35,968 nt of DNA from Vicinamibacterales bacterium (GTDB lineage: Bacteria; Acidobacteriota; Vicinamibacteria; Vicinamibacterales; UBA2999): NCBI GenBank assembly GCA_036565925.1, contig DATCXH010001115.1, forward strand, positions 1-35,968. The letters are read 5' to 3'. The notes under the pieces are model-generated. The model searched no databases, had not been told where the DNA came from, and saw nothing but the letters and a program-made list of their open reading frames with translations. Every line of letters starts with the position of its first letter. Position 1 is the stretch's first letter. Shown in pieces: positions 30,956 through 35,968 of the stretch. A program made the position numbers and the translations under genes.

Positions 30956-32110
30956 TTGAGTTCACGTTTGGGTGACACCGTCACACTTCGGGTCGGTATA
31001 GACGGTCGTGCATTTACATCTCCCGCGGCCGGCGTTCGTCGGTATGTGTCGTCGCTCGTGCCGGCCCTCAAAGCGGCCGATTCCGGGCTTGAACTCGTCG
31101 CACTCGGGGGGAATCGCAACGCCATGCCTGCGGATCTCGCGCACGTCAGCGAGCCCTGGCATCCGCCGACCAATCTCGGATGGAGCGCGATGGGATTACC
31201 CCGCGCCGCAGCGAGTGCTCGGGTGGATGTGATACACGCGCCTTCCTACACGGCGCCCTTATGGTCGAGTGCGCCCGTGGTGTTGACGATCCACGATGTC
31301 AGCTACGAGCGCCATCCCGAGTGGTACCCGTATCAGCGCGATGCAATGCGCCGCATGTTCTATCGCCGCAGCGCGCAGAGCGCCGCCCGAGTGTTGACCG
31401 ATTCCGAGTTCTCAGCCGGCGAGATCGCGGCCGCGTATCACATTCCTCGCGAACGAATTGCCGTGGCGCCGCTCGGAGTCTCGGATCACTTCGCGCCCGT
31501 CGATCGTCCGAACGAGACGCTCCCGGCTGATGTCACTCCGCCGTTCTTGCTGCACGTCGGCGATCTGCACGAGCGACGAAACCTGCCGCTCGTGGTGCAC
31601 GCGATGTTCGAGGCGCAGCGACGTCCGGGGATGCCACGGCTCTCACTGGTGCTGGCCGGCGTCGATCGCGGTGTCGGCGACCGGCTGCGCGGCTACGCGC
31701 GCGATGCCGACTCGCCTGATGCCGTGGTATGTCTGGGTCCCGTGACGGATTCGCAACTCCTGACGCTCTATCGCGGCGCGGCGGCACTCGTGTATCCGTC
31801 GCGCTACGAAGGGTTCGGACTACCGGTACTCGAGGCGATGGCGTGCGGTACGCCGGTCATTGCGTCACGTGCGGCGTCGATTCCTGAAGTGCTCGGTGAC
31901 GCCGGCGTCCTGCTCGACCCCGACGACGAACCTGGATGGGCAGAAGCGTTCGCACAGATCGTAAACGACGAGTGGCAGAAGGCACGGATGCGACAGGCCG
32001 GCCTCGAGCGCGCGAAGGAGTTCACCTGGGCGCGCACCGCGGCGCTGACGCTCGAGGCGTATCGGCAAGTCGCGCGCGGACGCGCGCACACGAGTTCGCA
32101 TCGATCATGA
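30956..32110 (+). CDS. Glycosyltransferase, GT-B fold (Pfam Glycos_transf_1 / CAZy GT4-like)
   Basis: PSRYEGFGLPVLEAMACGTPVIAS is the E-x7-E motif. The N-terminal LRVGIDGRAF is typical. The TTG start at 30956 is uncertain. Confidence 0.86.
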   Translation: MSSRLGDTVTLRVGIDGRAFTSPAAGVRRYVSSLVPALKAADSGLELVALGGNRNAMPADLAHVSEPWHPPTNLGWSAMGLPRAAASARVDVIHAPSYTAPLWSSAPVVLTIHDVSYERHPEWYPYQRDAMRRMFYRRSAQSAARVLTDSEFSAGEIAAAYHIPRERIAVAPLGVSDHFAPVDRPNETLPADVTPPFLLHVGDLHERRNLPLVVHAMFEAQRRPGMPRLSLVLAGVDRGVGDRLRGYARDADSPDAVVCLGPVTDSQLLTLYRGAAALVYPSRYEGFGLPVLEAMACGTPVIASRAASIPEVLGDAGVLLDPDDEPGWAEAFAQIVNDEWQKARMRQAGLERAKEFTWARTAALTLEAYRQVARGRAHTSSHRS

Positions 32111-33114
32111 GCGGCGTACCGACCGCGTCGATCGTGATCGTCAGCTGGAACGGCCGGCAGTTTCTCGAGCCGTGTCTGAACGCCGTCGCTGCGCAGCAAG
32201 GCGTCGAGGCCGAGACGATTGTCGTGGACAACGGATCGTCCGATGGGACCGGCGCTTTCGTTCGCGAGCGCTTTCCATGGGTACGGCTGGTCGCGCTCAG
32301 CGAGAATCGTGGTTTTGCCGGTGGCAACAATGCTGGTGCGCGCGAGGCTCGCGGTCGCTTCATCGTGCTTCTCAACAACGACACCGTGCCGGAGCCGGGC
32401 TGGCTGGCGGCGTTGCTGCGTGGCCGAGAGGCGGGTGGCCCGAACGCGTTGGCATCATCGCGAATCGTCTACATGCACGATCCTCGGGTGATCGACAGTG
32501 CCGGCGATGGATTGCTGCGCTGGGGCGGCGCCTTCAAGCGGCATCACGGCGCGAGCATCGAATCGGCACCTGAGTCACGTGAAGTCTTTGGCGTGTGCGG
32601 CGCCGCGTGTGTCATCCCGCGCATCGTGTTCGAGGAGCTCGGTGGATTCGATGAGGATTTCTTTGCCTCACATGAGGACGTCGACCTGTCGTATCGCGCG
32701 CGGCTGCTCGGATATCCATGCCGCTACGTCGCCGAGTCCGTGGTGCGCCACCATGGCAGCGCCACGCTTGGACGCGTGAGCGAGTTCGCCGTCTTCCACG
32801 GTCAACGCAATCTCGAGTGGATGTACTTCAAGAACACACCGGGCTCGCTGCTGCTGCGCACGCTCCCCGGACACGTGGTGTACACCGCGGCTGCGGCGGT
32901 TCACTTCACGAGGCACGGCTTGCTTGGAGCCTTTCTCCGCGCCAAGTGGGCGGCGCTGGCCGGGTTGCCTGGTCTGCTTCGCAAACGCGCACACGTACAG
33001 CGCACGCGACGTGTTGACGGCGACGCGATCTGGCCTCATCTCGAGCCACGCTGGCTCGCGGCCAAGCGTCGCGAGAAGCAATTCGATCTGAGTCTCGCCG
33101 GGGACAACCGGTGA
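32107..33114 (+). CDS. Glycosyltransferase family 2
   Basis: The ATG at 32107 overlaps the upstream TGA (ATGA). ASIVIVSWNGRQFL, VVDNGSSDGT, NRGFAGGNN, LNNDT and EDVDLSYR (GT2 rhamnosyltransferase-like motifs). Confidence 0.88.
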   Translation: MSGVPTASIVIVSWNGRQFLEPCLNAVAAQQGVEAETIVVDNGSSDGTGAFVRERFPWVRLVALSENRGFAGGNNAGAREARGRFIVLLNNDTVPEPGWLAALLRGREAGGPNALASSRIVYMHDPRVIDSAGDGLLRWGGAFKRHHGASIESAPESREVFGVCGAACVIPRIVFEELGGFDEDFFASHEDVDLSYRARLLGYPCRYVAESVVRHHGSATLGRVSEFAVFHGQRNLEWMYFKNTPGSLLLRTLPGHVVYTAAAAVHFTRHGLLGAFLRAKWAALAGLPGLLRKRAHVQRTRRVDGDAIWPHLEPRWLAAKRREKQFDLSLAGDNR

Positions 33115-34004
33115 CGCCGGAAATGGCCGCGGTCCTCGTCAACTACAACGCCGGGCCCGAAATTCGCGTCGCGTTGCAGTCGATTGCCAGCGAAACGGCC
33201 GGCCGAGGCTGGGAAGCGATCGTAGTGGACAACGTCTCCACCGACGGCAGCAGCGACTACGTCTGGGAGTTCGCCCCGCACGCGCGCGTGCTGCGGAACA
33301 CGGTCAATGTGGGATTCGGCCGCGGCATCAACCAGGGCGTGGCCGAGTCGAGCGCACCCTACATCCTGATCATGAATCCCGACTGCCGCCTCGAGCCTGG
33401 CGCATTGACGACGATGCGCACCGAGATCCAGACGCGACCGCGATGCGCGGTTGTCGGTCCGCGTGTGTTGGATCCGGATGGTTCAGACCAGGGCAGTGCA
33501 CGCGGTGATCCCGACATGCTGACCGGTTTGTTTGGGCGGACCGGACCGCTCCGATTTCTGTTTCCGTGGGCGGCGGCGTCGCGCCGCAATGTCGTGAACA
33601 CCGGGCGTCAAAGCGCCACCGTGGACTGGGTGTCCGGGGCGTGCATGCTGGTGCGCCGCGCGGCGTTCGACGACGTCAGTGGGTTCGATCCGCGTTACTT
33701 CCTGTACTGGGAAGACGCCGATCTCTGCCGTCGTCTTCGGGCGCGGGGTTATGAAATTCGTTATGTGCCTGGAGCGACCGCGGTCCACCAGGTCGGGCAA
33801 TCGAGCCGCACTGCACGTGCCGCATCGATCAAGGCGTTCCATGAGAGCGCGTATCTCTACTACACGATTCACGTGGCACCGGGCCCGCTCAATCCGAAAC
33901 GCGCGATCGCGCGCGTGCTGCTCGCAGCGCGGTGCTGGTGGCGGCTGAGGAGCGTCCCCTCGGAACGCGCATCCGCAGAGGCACCGAGCAATCTGGCTTC
34001 CTGA
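33111..34004 (+). CDS. Glycosyltransferase family 2
   Basis: GTGA overlap start at 33111; an alternative ATG lies at 33123. AAVLVNYNAGPE, VVDNVSTDGS, NVGFGRGINQG, MNPDC and WEDADLCRR. Confidence 0.88.
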   Translation: MTPEMAAVLVNYNAGPEIRVALQSIASETAGRGWEAIVVDNVSTDGSSDYVWEFAPHARVLRNTVNVGFGRGINQGVAESSAPYILIMNPDCRLEPGALTTMRTEIQTRPRCAVVGPRVLDPDGSDQGSARGDPDMLTGLFGRTGPLRFLFPWAAASRRNVVNTGRQSATVDWVSGACMLVRRAAFDDVSGFDPRYFLYWEDADLCRRLRARGYEIRYVPGATAVHQVGQSSRTARAASIKAFHESAYLYYTIHVAPGPLNPKRAIARVLLAARCWWRLRSVPSERASAEAPSNLAS

Positions 34005-35096
34005 CTAGAGAATCTCGCTCACTAACATCGCGACGTGTTCGCCGATCGATAAACACGACGTGAGCCCTGGCGACTCGATGCCCGCCGCCTGAACCAGGCG
34101 CGGGTTGTTCCCATCCCTGGCAATCAGAAAATCCGAGAACGACTGATCGGGAGGGTGGAGCTTTGCCCGGATGCCGCTGCCGCCGAGCCGCAAGTCTTCG
34201 AGTCGCAGTTCCGGAAGCAGCGACTGGGCCGGCTCGAGGAAGGATTCGACGGGGAACCGGTTGTCTTCGTAGTCGTCCTTGCGGTTCTGATAGCAGACCG
34301 TGGGACCAAGCGTCACATTGCCCGCCATCGTCTTCGTGAGGTGCACTCCGAGCCCGTGGGTGTGCGGCAGTGGATAGACGAGTCCGTTGACGAGACCGCG
34401 CTTGGAAGGCACCAGTTCGACGTACTCGCCGCGACACGGATAGATCCGGAACGGCTGTCCGCCGAGCAGTGCGGACACTTCGTCTGCATAGAGACCCGCC
34501 GCGTTCACCACCGTCCTGGCCAGAATCGACTCGGCGCGCGTGCGAAGCTCCACGCCGTCCGCGCCCGAATCAGCACCGATCAGCGGCGATCCAGGCAGCA
34601 GCGCGACGTCGTGTTCGGTACACAGTCGCGCCAGCGTTCGGACCAGCGCCTCGGCCTCGAGGATTCCGGTATTCGGCGAGAACAACGCCGTCGCTGCTGC
34701 GACGTGCGGCTCGCGCGAGCGAATGAACGCCTGATCCACCATGCGCAGCCCTTCGACGCCGTTGCTTTCGCCGCGCACGCGGATCGCCTCGAGCGCATCG
34801 ACCTCGCTGTCGTTGTGAGCGACGATCAGCTTTCCGCAGCGCCGATGCGGCACGTTGTAGCGTGCGCAGAACTCGTAGAGCATCCGCGCGCCGTTCACGC
34901 AATGCCGTGCCTTCAGGCTGCCGGCCGGGTAGTACATGCCGCCGTGAATGACCTGGCTGTTGTGCGTGCTGGTGCCCATGCCTGGCCTGGGCTCGCGTTC
35001 GAGGACGCACACGCTGCGCCCGCGCTGTGCCAGCGACCACGCCGTCGCAAGTCCGACGACGCCGGCGCCAATGACCGCAGTGTCGATCTGTTCCAT
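34005..35096 (-). CDS. lhgO: FAD-dependent oxidoreductase, L-2-hydroxyglutarate oxidase/dehydrogenase-like
   Basis: [15 protein letters not shown] is the dinucleotide-binding GxGxx[25 protein letters not shown] and RRCGKLIVA resemble LhgO/YgaF. Its stop codon abuts the stop of the convergent GT2 gene. Confidence 0.85.
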   Translation of the reverse strand: MEQIDTAVIGAGVVGLATAWSLAQRGRSVCVLEREPRPGMGTSTHNSQVIHGGMYYPAGSLKARHCVNGARMLYEFCARYNVPHRRCGKLIVAHNDSEVDALEAIRVRGESNGVEGLRMVDQAFIRSREPHVAAATALFSPNTGILEAEALVRTLARLCTEHDVALLPGSPLIGADSGADGVELRTRAESILARTVVNAAGLYADEVSALLGGQPFRIYPCRGEYVELVPSKRGLVNGLVYPLPHTHGLGVHLTKTMAGNVTLGPTVCYQNRKDDYEDNRFPVESFLEPAQSLLPELRLEDLRLGGSGIRAKLHPPDQSFSDFLIARDGNNPRLVQAAGIESPGLTSCLSIGEHVAMLVSEIL

Positions 35097-35148
35097 CTCT
35101 GAAGTACGATGACGTAATCAAGGCACAATGCGCAATGCCGACGGCTCA

Positions 35149-35968
35149 ATGCCCAATCGCGTCCTCGTCACAGGAGCCAACGGCCAACTCGCCTTCTTCA
35201 TCACGCACGCGTTTGCCGATCGCCAGGTGATTGCGCACACGCGACAGTCGCTCGACGTGACCGATCCTGCGTCCGTGGCCAGAACCGTGGCCGCGATTGC
35301 CCCCGATCTGATCGTCAACTGCGCCGCATTCAACGACGTGGATGGCGCGGAAAGCCGATCCGTCGACGCGCTCGCGATCAATGCGTTTGCCGTGCGCAGT
35401 CTCGCGCGGGCGGCCGATGCAGCCGGCGCGACGCTCGTCCACTACAGCAGCGACTTCGTCCTCAACAGCGACAGCCGCGACCCGCACGATGAGGATCTCA
35501 GGCCGGCACCGCGCGGTGTGTACGCCTCGTCGAAGTTGCTCGGCGAGTGGTTCGCCGCGACGTGCGCGCGCGCCTACGTGCTGCGCGTGGAAAGCCTCTT
35601 TGGATCGCCGGCGGACTGGACCGGTCGTCGAGGCACGCTCGATCACATCGTCGATGGCCTGCAGCAAGGCCGCGAGGTCAAGGTCTTCACCGATCGCATC
35701 GTCTCGCCCAGTTACTCGAAGGACGTGGCCGCTGCGACCAGGCATCTCGTATTGAGCGGAGCGGCCCCCGGCGTGTATCACTGCGTCAATGACGGGCATG
35801 CGAGCTGGCACGATGTCGCCGCCGAGGCGGCGCGCATCCTGAATGTGCCCGCGCGTCTCGTCCCGATCACAGTCGATCAGCTGCCCCTGCGTGTGCCACG
35901 CCCGCGCTATTGCGCGCTCTCGACAGGGAAGCTCGCGGCAACCGGCTTCGCCATGCCGACGTGGCAGG
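35149..35968 (+). CDS. rfbD: dTDP-4-dehydrorhamnose reductase, 3'-truncated by the window end
   Basis: My own translation of the + strand (this ORF is not in the track because it runs off the window): MPNRVLVTGANGQLA..., LDVTDPASV, PDLIVNCAAFNDVDGAE, LVHYSSDFV, PAPRGVYASSKLLGE, SPSYSKDVA, GVYHCVNDGHASWHDV and PRPRYCALS. An alternative in-frame ATG lies at 35128. The antisense ORF 35146..35811 is a shadow. Confidence 0.88.
   Translation, partial: MPNRVLVTGANGQLAFFITHAFADRQVIAHTRQSLDVTDPASVARTVAAIAPDLIVNCAAFNDVDGAESRSVDALAINAFAVRSLARAADAAGATLVHYSSDFVLNSDSRDPHDEDLRPAPRGVYASSKLLGEWFAATCARAYVLRVESLFGSPADWTGRRGTLDHIVDGLQQGREVKVFTDRIVSPSYSKDVAAATRHLVLSGAAPGVYHCVNDGHASWHDVAAEAARILNVPARLVPITVDQLPLRVPRPRYCALSTGKLAATGFAMPTWQ

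Overview
High-GC bacterial window dominated by one co-directional (+ strand) cell-envelope glycan biosynthesis super-operon of about 34 kb and about 30 genes. Many junctions are ATGA/GTGA stop-start overlaps. It is followed by a convergent lhgO-like FAD oxidoreductase (-) and a 3'-truncated rfbD (+). I recognise five parts. (i) Two copies of a GT9-like (heptosyltransferase-fold) protein, an extended SDR and a nucleotidyltransferase-methyltransferase fusion. (ii) Four paralogous 530-630 aa polytopic membrane proteins with a shared 'NDHF...GxxPxRDF' first-loop motif and a conserved C-terminal soluble domain (GT-C-like by architecture); two of them are a tandem duplicate. (iii) An Arn-like set: methyltransferase, SDR epimerase/dehydratase, DegT-type aminotransferase and an ArnC/GtrB-like polyprenyl-phosphate GT2. 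(iv) A nonulosonic/ulosonic-acid set: an animal-NANS-like NeuB-family synthase, a CMP-sugar synthetase and a HAD phosphatase, interleaved with an SDR, an aldehyde dehydrogenase and a full-length transketolase, then a large GT-B-like candidate transferase. (v) A WecA/MraY-type initiating transferase fused to a WbaP/CapD-type N-terminal module, an SMI1/KNR4 gene, and GT1 and GT2 transferases. Non-coding highlights are a ~230 bp GTTC/GAAC heptamer inverted array that can occlude the start codon of the cytidylyltransferase gene, two REP-like hairpins in inverted orientation, and inverted ACGCGGAG repeats bracketing the SMI1/KNR4 gene. I saw no rRNA, tRNA, CRISPR array, transposase or integrase. 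All functional calls come from motif recognition by eye, with no database search. The long antisense ORFs in the track are treated as GC-rich shadow ORFs.
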